This document shows positions 9,344 through 19,800 of a DNA stretch of 64,000 nucleotides, one piece after another. Location of the stretch: positions 576,001 to 640,000 of the forward strand of contig CBDDCX010000008.1 in NCBI GenBank assembly GCA_965226375.1, written 5' to 3'. How positions within the stretch are numbered: position 1 is the first letter of the stretch; each line of letters opens with the position of its first letter. The notes beneath the pieces are model-generated. The model was not told the DNA's origin and did no database searches. It saw only the letters and a program-made list of their open reading frames with translations. The position numbers were made by a program, and so were the translations under genes. Origin of the DNA: Longimicrobiales bacterium. GTDB lineage: Bacteria; Gemmatimonadota; Gemmatimonadetes; Longimicrobiales; Gaopeijiaceae.

Positions 9344-12300
9344 GATCCCTCGCTTTCCGGCTCGTAACCCAGGTTGGGGGACAGCCATCGCTCTGCTTCT
9401 TCCATCGTCAGGGTGGTGCGCCGTGCATAGTCGGACACTTGATCTCGGCCGATCCGTCCGACCCCGAAGTAGTGGGCCTCCGGGTGCGCGAAGTACCAGC
9501 CCGCGACCGAGGCGCCCGGAAGCATGGCGTAGCTCTCGGTGAGTTGCACCCCGATCCGGTCCTCGGCATCCAGAAGGTCGAACAGAGTTCGCTTCTGGGT
9601 GTGGTCGGGACACGACGGATAACCCGGTGCGGGCCGGATCCCAACGTAGTGCTCGGCGATCAAGTCGTCGCTCGAGAGGCCGTCCTCACCGGTGTAGCCC
9701 CACAACTCCGTACGCACCCGCTCGTGCAGACGCTCGGCGAGCGCTTCGGCCAGGCGGTCCGCGAGGGCCTTGGCCATGATGCTTCCGTAGTCGTCCGATT
9801 CGGCCTCGAGAGACCGACACAACTCGTCCAACCCCAGGCCGGCCGTAACCACGAACGCTCCCACGTGGTCTTGCAGTCCCGACCCCTTGGGGGCCACAAA
9901 GTCGGACAGGCACAGATTGGGCCGGCCGTTCTTCTTCGCGAACTGTTGACGAAGGCCGTAAATCGTCGCCCACCGCCCGTCGCTGCCGAGTATCTCGATG
10001 TCGTCGCCCTCACTATGGGCGGGGAACAGTCCGGAAACGGCAGCGGCCTTCAGCAGCCCCTCGTCCATGATCCGGTCCAGGAGCTGCCGAGCGTCGTCGT
10101 ACAGAATCTGCGCCTGCTCTCCGGTTTCCTTGGCATCCAAGATCTCCGGGAAGCGCCCTTTGATCTCCCACGCCTGAAAAAACGGAGTCCAGTCGACGTA
10201 TTCAATGAGCTCATCTAGGGGGTACTCCTCGAACACGCGGACTCCGGTCTCCTTAGGAGCCACGGGCGCATGGACTGTCCAATCGACGTCGGCTCGGTTT
10301 TCCCGCGCCTCTTCAAGAGGGACCAGGCGGGACCGACTACTCCTCGCGGCGTGGGCTTCCCGCTCACTCCGGTGGGTGTTCCTCAGTTCCTCCAGGAAGG
10401 CCTCTCGATCCTTGCCTCCCAGGAGCGCCCGGAGCACGGGCACGCACCGTGACGCGTCCGTAACGTGGACGGTCGGGCCGTGATACTTCTCTTCGATACG
10501 GACCGCCGTATGCCTGCGTGACGTGGTGGCTCCTCCTATAAGGAGCGGCACCTCGAACTCAAGGCGCTCCATCTCCGCGGCCACATGGACCATCTGGTCC
10601 AAGGAGGGCGTGATGAGGCCGCTCAGGCCGATGGCGTCGGCGTCCTGATTGCGTGCCTCCTCGAGAATTGTGGCAGCCGGGACCATCACCCCCAGATCCA
10701 CCACCTCGTAGCCGTTACACTGCAGGACCACCGACACGATGTTCTTACCGATGTCGTGAACGTCCCCCTTTACGGTGGCCATGACGATCTTTCCGGCCGA
10801 CGCCCGTGCTTGCGCACCGCTCGCCTTTTCGGCTTCGATGAACGGGAACAGATAGGCGACCGCCTTCTTCATGACCCGCGCGCTCTTCACGACCTGTGGA
10901 AGGAACATCTTGCCCTCGCCGAAGAGGTCTCCAACCACGTTCATGCCATCCATGAGGGGACCCTCGATCACGTCCAGGGCCCTCGCGGAGTTGGCTCGCG
11001 CTTCTTCGGTGTCGTCCTCGATGTACTCGGTCTCGCCGTGGATCAACGCATGCCGAAGTCGATCTTCTACCGGATCCGCTCGCCAGGCGTCGTTCTTCTC
11101 AACTCTCTTGCCGGCACCGGCGTACTGCTCTGCGAGGGCGGTCAACCGCTCGGTGGCGTCCGGGCGTCGGTTGAAGAGGACATCCTCCACCGCCTCGAGG
11201 AGATCGGGTGGAATCTCGTCATATACAGGCAGGGCACCGGCGTTCACGATGGCCATGTCGAGCCCGGCTTTGATGGCGTGATACAGAAACGCCGAGTGCA
11301 TGGCTTCCCGTACCCGCGGGCTGCCGCGGAAAGAGAACGAAACGTTGCTGACGCCTCCGCTCACGTGTGTGAGCGGCAGGCGCTCCTTGATCAAGCGCGT
11401 CGCGTCGATAAAGGCGATGGCGTATTCGTTGTGCTCCTCGATGCCGGTGCCAACCGCAAAGATGTTGGGATCGAAGATGATGTCCTGGGGCGGGAAACCG
11501 ACCTTCTCGACAAGGATCTCGTAGGCCCGCTCGCAGATGTCCACCTTACGCTCGACAGTGTCGGCCTGGCCCTCTTCGTCGAAGGCCATGACGATGACGG
11601 CCGCACCGTAACGGCGGGCGAGACGCGCCTTTTCGACGAACGGTTCCTCGCCGTCCTTCAGGCTGATGGAGTTCACCACCCCCTTGCCCTGAATGCATTT
11701 GAGCCCGGCTTCAATCACGTCCCAGCGCGATGAGTCCAGAACGAAGGGAATACGACTCACGGCCGGCTCGGATCCCAGCAGATTCAGGAAGCGCGTCATG
11801 GCCGCTACCGAGTCGAGCAGGCCCTCGTCCATGTTCACGTCCAGCATCTGGGCCCCACTCTGTTCCTGCTGGCGGGCCACCTCTACCGCGCCCTCGTAGT
11901 CATCTTCCTCAATGAGCTCCTGGAAGCGGCGGGAACCGGTCACGTTCGTCCGCTCACCGATGTTGGCGAAGAGCGATTCTGGCCCCAATATCAGCGGCTC
12001 CAATCCGCTCAGTCGACTGCGCGGCGGCAAGCTCGGAATTTCTCGGGGAGGCAAGCCGGCGACCGCCTCCGCGATCGCGGCGATGTGCTCCGGGACGGTA
12101 CCGCAGCACCCCCCCACGATGTTCACGAATCCCGCTTCTGCGAACTCTCGAATCATGGCAGAGGTGACGTCTGGAGTCTCATCGTATTCGCCGAACGCAT
12201 TCGGCAGTCCGGCGTTGGGGTGGCAGCTCACGGGCATCTCGGCCACCTGTGCCAAGGCGTCGAGATGAGGCCTGAGCTGCTCGGCACCCAGCGCGCAGTT

Positions 12301-13053
12301 CAGACCCACGGAAAAGAGCCCAGCGTGCGAAACCGAGTGGTAGAACGCTTCGGGCGTTTGGCCGCTCAACGTACGCCCGCTGGCGTCGGTGATCGTGCCC
12401 GAGACCATGATCGGCACCCATTCGCCCCGTTCATCGAACAGGTCAAGGATGGCGAACAGGGCCGCCTTGGCGTTCAGGGTGTCGAAGATGGTCTCCACCA
12501 TGAGAAGATCCGCGCCGCCGTCCAAGAGCCCTCGAGCCTGCTCACGGTATGCCTTGGAGAGCTCGTCGAAGGTGACGGCTCGAAAGGCAGGATTCTCCAC
12601 GTCGGGTGAGAGGGAGGCGGTGCGATTCGTGGGCCCCATACTACCGCACACGAATCGGGGCTTATCGGGTGTCACTGCGGTGGCCTCGTCGACGGCGCGC
12701 CGGGCCAGGGAGGCTGCGGCGACGTTCACCCGGTACGCTTCAGCCTCGAGTGCGTAATCGGCTAGAGAGATGGCCTGGGCGTTGAACGTGTTGGTCTCGA
12801 TGATGTCCGAGCCCGCATCCAGGTAGGCCTTGTGGATCTCGTAGATGGTGTCGGGCTGGGTCACCGAAAGGAGATCGTTGGCGCCCATCAACGGGACGTG
12901 GTGATCACGATAGGCATCACCCTGGAAGTCCTCTTCCGACAGCCGGTAGCTCTGGATCATGGTGCCCATGGCGCCGTCCAGAACGAGGATGCGGCTGGCC
13001 ATCGCCGACTGGAGGGCTCGGGTATGATCGGAGCTTCGGGTGGGGCCACTCAT
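9340..13053 (-). CDS. metH: Cobalamin-dependent methionine synthase
   Basis: [23 protein letters not shown]12-binding DVHDIGKN and SGLITPS, C-terminal RPAPGYP; 1237 aa. Confidence 0.98.
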   Translation of the reverse strand: MSGPTRSSDHTRALQSAMASRILVLDGAMGTMIQSYRLSEEDFQGDAYRDHHVPLMGANDLLSVTQPDTIYEIHKAYLDAGSDIIETNTFNAQAISLADYALEAEAYRVNVAAASLARRAVDEATAVTPDKPRFVCGSMGPTNRTASLSPDVENPAFRAVTFDELSKAYREQARGLLDGGADLLMVETIFDTLNAKAALFAILDLFDERGEWVPIMVSGTITDASGRTLSGQTPEAFYHSVSHAGLFSVGLNCALGAEQLRPHLDALAQVAEMPVSCHPNAGLPNAFGEYDETPDVTSAMIREFAEAGFVNIVGGCCGTVPEHIAAIAEAVAGLPPREIPSLPPRSRLSGLEPLILGPESLFANIGERTNVTGSRRFQELIEEDDYEGAVEVARQQEQSGAQMLDVNMDEGLLDSVAAMTRFLNLLGSEPAVSRIPFVLDSSRWDVIEAGLKCIQGKGVVNSISLKDGEEPFVEKARLARRYGAAVIVMAFDEEGQADTVERKVDICERAYEILVEKVGFPPQDIIFDPNIFAVGTGIEEHNEYAIAFIDATRLIKERLPLTHVSGGVSNVSFSFRGSPRVREAMHSAFLYHAIKAGLDMAIVNAGALPVYDEIPPDLLEAVEDVLFNRRPDATERLTALAEQYAGAGKRVEKNDAWRADPVEDRLRHALIHGETEYIEDDTEEARANSARALDVIEGPLMDGMNVVGDLFGEGKMFLPQVVKSARVMKKAVAYLFPFIEAEKASGAQARASAGKIVMATVKGDVHDIGKNIVSVVLQCNGYEVVDLGVMVPAATILEEARNQDADAIGLSGLITPSLDQMVHVAAEMERLEFEVPLLIGGATTSRRHTAVRIEEKYHGPTVHVTDASRCVPVLRALLGGKDREAFLEELRNTHRSEREAHAARSSRSRLVPLEEARENRADVDWTVHAPVAPKETGVRVFEEYPLDELIEYVDWTPFFQAWEIKGRFPEILDAKETGEQAQILYDDARQLLDRIMDEGLLKAAAVSGLFPAHSEGDDIEILGSDGRWATIYGLRQQFAKKNGRPNLCLSDFVAPKGSGLQDHVGAFVVTAGLGLDELCRSLEAESDDYGSIMAKALADRLAEALAERLHERVRTELWGYTGEDGLSSDDLIAEHYVGIRPAPGYPSCPDHTQKRTLFDLLDAEDRIGVQLTESYAMLPGASVAGWYFAHPEAHYFGVGRIGRDQVSDYARRTTLTMEEAERWLSPNLGYEPESEGS

Positions 13054-13106
13054 CGGAATCGTCTCACGCCTCCCATATCGGTGCTCGGAAGGGGGATCCG
13101 AAAATC

Positions 13107-13140
13107 AAAAACCTCGTCGCAAACCGACAGCGTCGAGGGT
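13107..13140 (-). terminator. Intrinsic terminator in the metH leader (riboswitch expression platform)
   Basis: Minus strand CCTCG-A-CGC/TGTCGGTTT/GCG-A-CGAGG followed by TTTTT. Confidence 0.7.
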
Positions 13141-13143
13141 CTG

Positions 13144-13193
13144 GCTTTTTAGCGGTTTTGTGCCGGGCCGCAATACGCCTCAAATCACCCCGT
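13144..13193 (-). ncRNA. SAM-II/SAM-V-class riboswitch aptamer
   Basis: Minus strand CGGGGTGATTTGAGGCGTATTGCGGCCCGGCACAAAACCGCTAAAAAG carries the SAM-II hallmarks UGAUUU, CGUAUUGC, AAA, GCUAAAAAG; lies upstream of metH. Confidence 0.8.
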
Positions 13194-13321
13194 CCGAATT
13201 GTGTTCAAAAAAGCTAGTGCCGGGCGCCCGGAATTTCTAGTGTTCAGTGGGGGGACGAACGTGGGGAGTGCGTTCACGAGGATGTCCGTTTTGACTAGAA
13301 TATGAAAAATTCGAACGGGAG

Positions 13322-14233
13322 ATGGCTTTGACGAACATCGCGGGCGGCGTCATCCAGGCGGCTGCCGGATTCTTCAAGGGACACGGGCTCGGCAACGATT
13401 ACATCGTGTGTGAGGTCGGAAGCGACTGGAAAATGTGGACGGGTAGTGTCGTGGCCGTGTGCGACCGCTGGAGAGGTCCCGGGAGCGATGGCATCGTCGT
13501 CCTCCTGGACCGTAGCGGACCTCCGTTCCGCCTCCGCATGTTCAATCCCGATGGTTCAGAATTCGAGCGGAGCGGTAACGGCCTTCGCATCCTTGCGTCG
13601 TACCTGGCGGCCGAGGGCCTCGTGGCCGGCGAGCCTTTCGATGTCGAGGTCGGGGGCGACACGGTGCGTTTGCACGTACTTGGACGACAGGGCAGAGGCG
13701 TGTACGACGTGTCGGTCGACATGGGCCGTATCGGGTACGGTGCCGAAGCGGTCGGCCTGGACGCCGAAGCTCTCGATGCGGACGGAGGCATCGATCTCGG
13801 CCCGGCGGGCATTCACGTGCTGGAGCTGATTTCGGTGGGCAACCCGCACGCCGTGGTCTTCCCAGAAGTCTGGACCCCTGAGCAGCTCGACGAAATCGGG
13901 CCGCTCATCTCGACCCACGCCGGGTTCTCGTCCGGGACCAACGTGCAGATGGCCCGCGTGCTGGGTCCGGGTTTGGTCGAGGCACTCATCTGGGAGCGGG
14001 GCGTGGGGCCCACATCGGCGTCGGGCACTTCTTCTTGTGCGGTCGCGGCGGCCACCGTGAAGTCGGGCCGGGGCGATCCGGGCGTCTACGAGGTGCGGAT
14101 GGAGGGAGGAAGCCTGGAAGTGACGGTGAGTCCCGAGTCAGAGATCACGCTCAGGGGCCCGGTGCAGGAGATCTATCGGGGGCGGTTCACTGCGGGATTC
14201 CTCGAGGAACTCGAGGCGCTCGGGGCAAGCTGA
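13322..14233 (+). CDS. dapF: Diaminopimelate epimerase-family protein with Ser at both catalytic positions
   Basis: KGHGLGNDY, GSDG, FNPDGS, SGNG, SVGNPHAV, TNV, WERGVGPTSASGT. Confidence 0.85.
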   Translation: MALTNIAGGVIQAAAGFFKGHGLGNDYIVCEVGSDWKMWTGSVVAVCDRWRGPGSDGIVVLLDRSGPPFRLRMFNPDGSEFERSGNGLRILASYLAAEGLVAGEPFDVEVGGDTVRLHVLGRQGRGVYDVSVDMGRIGYGAEAVGLDAEALDADGGIDLGPAGIHVLELISVGNPHAVVFPEVWTPEQLDEIGPLISTHAGFSSGTNVQMARVLGPGLVEALIWERGVGPTSASGTSSCAVAAATVKSGRGDPGVYEVRMEGGSLEVTVSPESEITLRGPVQEIYRGRFTAGFLEELEALGAS

Positions 14234-14238
14234 GGGCG

Positions 14239-15312
14239 TTAGGTCCTCACGCGCTTCAGCAGAATCAGTCCACAGGCCAGAAAGACGAAGTTGGGCAACC
14301 ATGCCGAGAGGAACGGCGACAATGCTCCGGTCCGTCCGGCTGCTCCTGCAAGCCGAAATACGAGCATGTACAGGATCGTCGACCCCAATGCCACGCCGAT
14401 GCCGTACGCAGCGCCGCCGCGTCGCGAGCTCGTGGCCAGCGGTCCCCCGAAGAGGATGATCACCAACGTCGCGACCGCGATGGCTTTGCGTTGCTCCTTC
14501 TTCACCAGGAGCTTGCTCGGATCGCCTCCCGAGCGACTGATGTTCGCCGCCATTCGGTCGATCTCCGCGACGGTCATCTCGTCCTCGTCGTTGGGTCGCT
14601 CGAGCAGGCCGGTAGGGTGCTCGCCGAAGCCTCGAGTTCGTAGGGAATCGAAGTGGAAGGTCAAAGTCGGTCGGCCCTCGGGAAGGATCCGGAGGTAGCC
14701 GTCCCGAAAGGTCCAGCCGTGGATAGTGTCGAACGGGACCTCCCTCGCGGAGATGTGTTCGGCCGGCTGTCCCGAGGCTCTGGCCGGAACTTCCATGATC
14801 ACCTCGCGCAGGCTCGCCGGCTCTATGTTCAAGCGCTGGACGGTCAGTGTCCGATCGTCGTCTCCCTTGAACACGAAGGTGGCCCGCCATTGACGTCTGG
14901 GATCCTCACTTCGGAGAATCTGCCCGGCCCGCCGTTTAGCGACTGGAACAGCCTCACTGAGCAGAAGGCCGGCCCCGGTCAGCAAGACACCCATGACGAT
15001 CAGAGGGGCCATGAGCCGGTGGAACGAAATCCCACCCGCCTTGGCGGCCATCACTTCTCTGTGTTGCGTCATGCCATGGATCGTGAAAACTGCAGCCAGG
15101 AGGGCCGCAATTGGAAAGGACCAGGAGATGTACTCGGGAAACTGGTATACGTACGCCAAGGCCACCTCTTTGACGGTGAGGCCCCGGTCGAAGTAGCGAT
15201 CCACGTTCTCGACGATGTTGCCGATGATGAAGAGCAGCGGCGCGCCGATGATGAAGAGCGCGAAGATGCGCAGGAACGTCTTGGCGATGAGTAGATCGAG
15301 GATCCGAATCAT
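14239..15312 (-). CDS. lptG: LptF/LptG family permease (LptG-like)
   Basis: EVMAAKAGGIS motif, AWLPN C-terminus; ATG overlaps the stop of the upstream paralogue. Confidence 0.85.
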   Translation of the reverse strand: MIRILDLLIAKTFLRIFALFIIGAPLLFIIGNIVENVDRYFDRGLTVKEVALAYVYQFPEYISWSFPIAALLAAVFTIHGMTQHREVMAAKAGGISFHRLMAPLIVMGVLLTGAGLLLSEAVPVAKRRAGQILRSEDPRRQWRATFVFKGDDDRTLTVQRLNIEPASLREVIMEVPARASGQPAEHISAREVPFDTIHGWTFRDGYLRILPEGRPTLTFHFDSLRTRGFGEHPTGLLERPNDEDEMTVAEIDRMAANISRSGGDPSKLLVKKEQRKAIAVATLVIILFGGPLATSSRRGGAAYGIGVALGSTILYMLVFRLAGAAGRTGALSPFLSAWLPNFVFLACGLILLKRVRT

Positions 15313-16754
15313 GCCGATGCTCTTCGTGGCCTCACCAATCGTCGCGTGAAGTCTCCTATGGCAAAGAGGGCTTCGTCCAATCCACCACCTCGGTTCGCCC
15401 CTGCGGATCGACCCATGCGGGCTACAAAGAAGAGTCCCAGGACCAGGAAGGCCAGGTCCGGGGCCCACATGGCCCAAAACGGTGGGACCACCCCTTTGTC
15501 GGCCAGGTTTTCGCCACCGATCAGTCCGGCCCAATAGATGGCGAAGATCCCCACCGAGACGGCGATCACCATTCCGACACCTCCGCGCGGAAAGCGGATG
15601 GCCAGCGGAGCGCCCATGAGCACGAACACGATGCACGCGAAGGAGATGGCGAATTTCTTGTGGATCTCCACCCAGAACTGATCCACGCTGGTCTGGAGTG
15701 CGTAGATCTGACCCTGATTCTGACGACCGGCCAGAGCGAGCCGCCGCGTCATGTCATCCTCGAAGATCAGGAACTCCTCTCCAGCCACCTCATCCTCATC
15801 GTCGGTGGCTTCGGGGTCGAAGGTCACCTGATAAGCGTGGGGTGAGCCTTCCGGCGGGCGTCCCAGGGCCTGGTCGAGGGCCATGCGCGCCCGCTCATAA
15901 CCGCTCTCCTGTACCCGTGCGATCTCCGCTGTCCGGTCAGCCACTTCGTCCCGGAGCATCGCCACCGACATCTCGCGATCGCTCCGGAAGGTCCCGCCCT
16001 GTTGCCGCTCCAGCTCGTCGCCCACCCCCCTCAGGGGAATGATCTGCGTCTCGAACTCCGACCGCTTGAACTCGCCGGACCGATCGGCTCCCACCTCTCG
16101 AACCTCACCGTCGTACAGGGTCAGGTAGAGGTCGGTGCGCGCCCGGTTGAACTCCATCTTCCCGCTTGATGCGTACGTGGTCCGATGTGTGTAAGGATCG
16201 CTCAAATCGTAGATGACCACATCGGTCATCTCGTTGGTGGTGGGGTCGATCGTGGCTGCCTGCAGGTACACCGTACCGGACCGGGCCTCTGTTTGGATAT
16301 TGTTGATAACCCGCTCTCGGAGCTCTAGCGTCGGGCTCTTTTTGCCGAGATCGATGCTCAGGTTCTTGAGCCGATGATTGGTCTCCGGGAGCACCTGGTC
16401 GTTGAAATAGAACATGACGCCGGTCAGGATAACTCCGGCTCCGAGGAGTGGAGCCAACATCCGGATCGGCTGGATTCCGCCCGCGGACATGGCGGTAATC
16501 TCGTTGGCGGCAGTAAGCTCACTGAAGGTGTAGAGTACTGAGACAAGGATAGCCATGGGGAGAGTCAGAGCGATCGTGTGCGGCAGGGAGAGCAGTAGGA
16601 ACTCTCCAATGACGCTCCACGGCAGACCCTTCCCGACAAGACTCTCCATCCGCTGAGCGACAGCGTTGAGGAAGAGGAGCCCGGTCAGCGCCGAAAACGC
16701 GAAGAGAAACGGCCCCGCGTGAGCACGGATTAGATACCTGGTGATAATTCCCAT
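15309..16754 (-). CDS. lptF: LptF/LptG family permease (LptF-like)
   Basis: TLPMAIL, NEITAMSAGG, EIHKKFA, AMWAP. Confidence 0.85.
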   Translation of the reverse strand: MGIITRYLIRAHAGPFLFAFSALTGLLFLNAVAQRMESLVGKGLPWSVIGEFLLLSLPHTIALTLPMAILVSVLYTFSELTAANEITAMSAGGIQPIRMLAPLLGAGVILTGVMFYFNDQVLPETNHRLKNLSIDLGKKSPTLELRERVINNIQTEARSGTVYLQAATIDPTTNEMTDVVIYDLSDPYTHRTTYASSGKMEFNRARTDLYLTLYDGEVREVGADRSGEFKRSEFETQIIPLRGVGDELERQQGGTFRSDREMSVAMLRDEVADRTAEIARVQESGYERARMALDQALGRPPEGSPHAYQVTFDPEATDDEDEVAGEEFLIFEDDMTRRLALAGRQNQGQIYALQTSVDQFWVEIHKKFAISFACIVFVLMGAPLAIRFPRGGVGMVIAVSVGIFAIYWAGLIGGENLADKGVVPPFWAMWAPDLAFLVLGLFFVARMGRSAGANRGGGLDEALFAIGDFTRRLVRPRRASA

Positions 16755-16808
16755 TCGGACAACCCTACACCGTACCCCGGCATCCGATCCAGGCCAGGCT
16801 GCCTAGTC

Positions 16809-19800
16809 GTGTTATCTCACGCTGCCCTGCTGGCTCTGGCACTGACGGTACCGCTGCCCGGCCGTGCCCTGACTGTGCAGGCCGTGCAGGACACCGTGCG
16901 CTGGCGACCACCCGGACTGGAGCTACCGGCCTTCCTCGCCGCCTTCCCCGGCCGCTCGGCCGGCATGTCGTCCTCGGTCGTGCAGTTGGGACTCAAGCCG
17001 ATGCCGCCTCTGGTTCCCATCGAGTTGAGCGTGCCGGCCGTTGTGCGAGGCGGTCCAGTACCCGAGGCGTCACGTTGGTTGGTGGCTCCCGGGCCTACAC
17101 TGATTCGGCGTCGTCTTGCGCTCCAGAGGATGGCATTGTTCAAGCCATCCGCACCGGATCGCGTGATGCGGTCGGTGGTGGGCGACAGCGATGCGTCACT
17201 TCTAGGCGGCGGACTTTCAGACCTGGATGTCGAGATCGTGGGGCAGGCGGAGTTGGGAGGCGATTGGACCAGCTTTCGGCCCTGCGACTCGCGGGTCCAG
17301 TTTTCATGTGATCCCGGCGTGCTGCCGAAGCTCAACCCCGACATTCAATTCGCGGTGCGGGCGCAGGGGACCATCGCCGAGCGTATTACGCTGGACGTGG
17401 ACTTCGATCAGGCTCGTGAGTTCTCTGCCGCGAACAACATCAACATCTTTTACGACGGTGACGAGGACGACGTCCTGAAGCGTGTGGAATTGGGGGACGT
17501 CACGTTCGCCCTGCCGACGTCGCGCTTTCTCACGGAGGGCATCCCCGCCGGAAACTTTGGCTTTCTGGCATCGGGCCAGGTCGGACCCCTGGAATTCGAT
17601 GGGGTGTGGGCTCAACAGCAGGGCGATCTGTCCAGACGGGAGTTCCGCCTGAGTGGGGGGCCGGGCCAGGAGAGCTTCGTGCAAGTGGACACGCTGGTTC
17701 TCGATGACGCCGACTACGTTCTGGGCCAGTTCTTTTTCCTCGTGGATCCCGAGTTCATAGATCGTAGCCCGCACATCGACGTGCTTTCACTCGACCCGTC
17801 GTCCGGTCCCGTGTCCCTTTCCCCCGGAGCGGAGCCCATTCAGGTCTACCGATTCGAGACCGATCCCGTGACCCGTCAGCAGGTCGAGGGTTTGATCCAG
17901 GCGGACGGATTTGCCTCTAAGGATGGAGACACAGTCGAGGAGTCTGGGTGGTTCCGCTTTCTGCAGCCGGGCGTCGACTACTCCGTCCACTCGAGCGGGC
18001 TTTGGCTGGCTCTGCGCCAACCCCTTCGGCAGGAAGAGATGCTTGCGGTGACGTATATCACCGCCACGGGCGACACCATCGGAACGTACAACCCTGAGAG
18101 TGTCTACAACGCCGGGGGTCGCCCTCGCCTCAAGCTTCTGAAGGCGTCGAGGGCCAATCACCGTCCGGGTCGACCCACCTGGGACCTCGAGATGCACCAA
18201 GTATACCGGGTGTCGTCCTCGCCCGATGTGGATCCCAACTCGGTTCACCTGACCATCTCGTTGGGTGAGCTCAGCGCCGGGCGCACGTTCAAACGAGAGC
18301 TGGGCGGAAGGGATATCACGTTCTTGCGCCTCTTCGGCCTGGACGAGGAATCACCGATCGACGTGCTGGACCAGGCGGGGGTCTACAAACCCGCCCTGGA
18401 GCTCTTTCAGGAGCAGCCTGTCATTCCGGGCGTGTTCATAATCTTTCCGACTCTCGAACCCTTCCAGGCCCCTCCGCCCGTCGAGTCACTCGGTCTCAGC
18501 GAGCAAGAGACGGCGGCGATTCTCGAGGGCGACGGCAACCCGACGATCTACGAGGAAGAGGACCCCTTCCTCCGGGAGAGTGGAGGCCTCTATAGGCTGA
18601 CCATCCCCTTCGAGCTGAGGAGCAGAGGGGTCATCTCCTCGTTCTCTCTGGGAGCTATCGGCATACGTGATGACTCGGAGAGGATTTTCCTGGGCGACCG
18701 CCTGTTGTCTCGCGGCACCGATTACGAGATCGACTATTCCATCGGCCAGGTAACGCTCATTCAACCAGAGATTCTGTTCGCCACGGCGTCGGAGCCGGTC
18801 GTACGGGCTACGTGGGAGCAGAAGTCGATCTTCCAGGTGGCGCCCACGACGGTGTTCGGGGTGAGCGGGCGCTTGTCGGCGGGGGAGGTGGGCGGTTTCA
18901 ATTTCCTCGCGCTCCATCAACGTGAGAGAGCGTTGGTGAACCGGCCGCAACTTGGGGTGGAGGCGGCTGCCATCACCTTGAGTGGTCTCAGCATGAACTT
19001 CGACTTCCCGGCTCGGGGACTCGACCGCCTTGTGGAAAGCATTCCGTTCCTGCGGGTCGGCGGGCCGTCACGTATCGGAGTAGAGGGAGAAGTGGCCCTT
19101 TCTTTTCCCAACCCGAACATCCGGTCTGATGTTTTCCTCGACGATTTCGACTCATCCAATGAGCTCGCGCTCTCCCTATTTTCCTATGACTGGCTCCGCG
19201 GGAGTGTGCCGGGCTTCAGGACCGGGGCCGAGGATGTATTTCCGATGGCCCTGGACGAGACGGACGCGGCCGATCTGGTATGGCAGCACGCGTGGACAAT
19301 TCCGGGAGTGGGTGAAGACAGTGTGGGCGTTTTCCCCGGATTCCTGCCTGAAGACGACATTGACCGGCAGATCAACGTCCTGGGCAGCCAGGTTCGGGAG
19401 ATCGGCCTGCTCTTCTCGTTCATCCCCCATCCAGACGCGCCCGGGGGCACCTCGTGGCGCTCGATCACCACCAGCCTCAGCTCCACGGGACTCGACCTGA
19501 GTAAGAGCGAGTCTCTGGAATTCTACGTGGCCGAAGGGGACTCGCTGGACCTGATCATCGACCTGGGCACCGTAGGCGAGGACGCCCTGTTCGTCGACGC
19601 CGACGGACGGCTCAATGGAGTGAAGAGCAACGGGTCGCCCTGGGGCAGGGGCATCTTGGATCACGAGGCCGATCCACGGCTCGGCGAGATCTGGAGCCAG
19701 GAGGCGGACGAACGTGGGGTCTGGCTCGAGTCGTGTTTGGCCGAGCCTGCGGCGGTCTACCCTACGGGCGATCCACGGGGCAGCTGCACCCGGGGCAACG

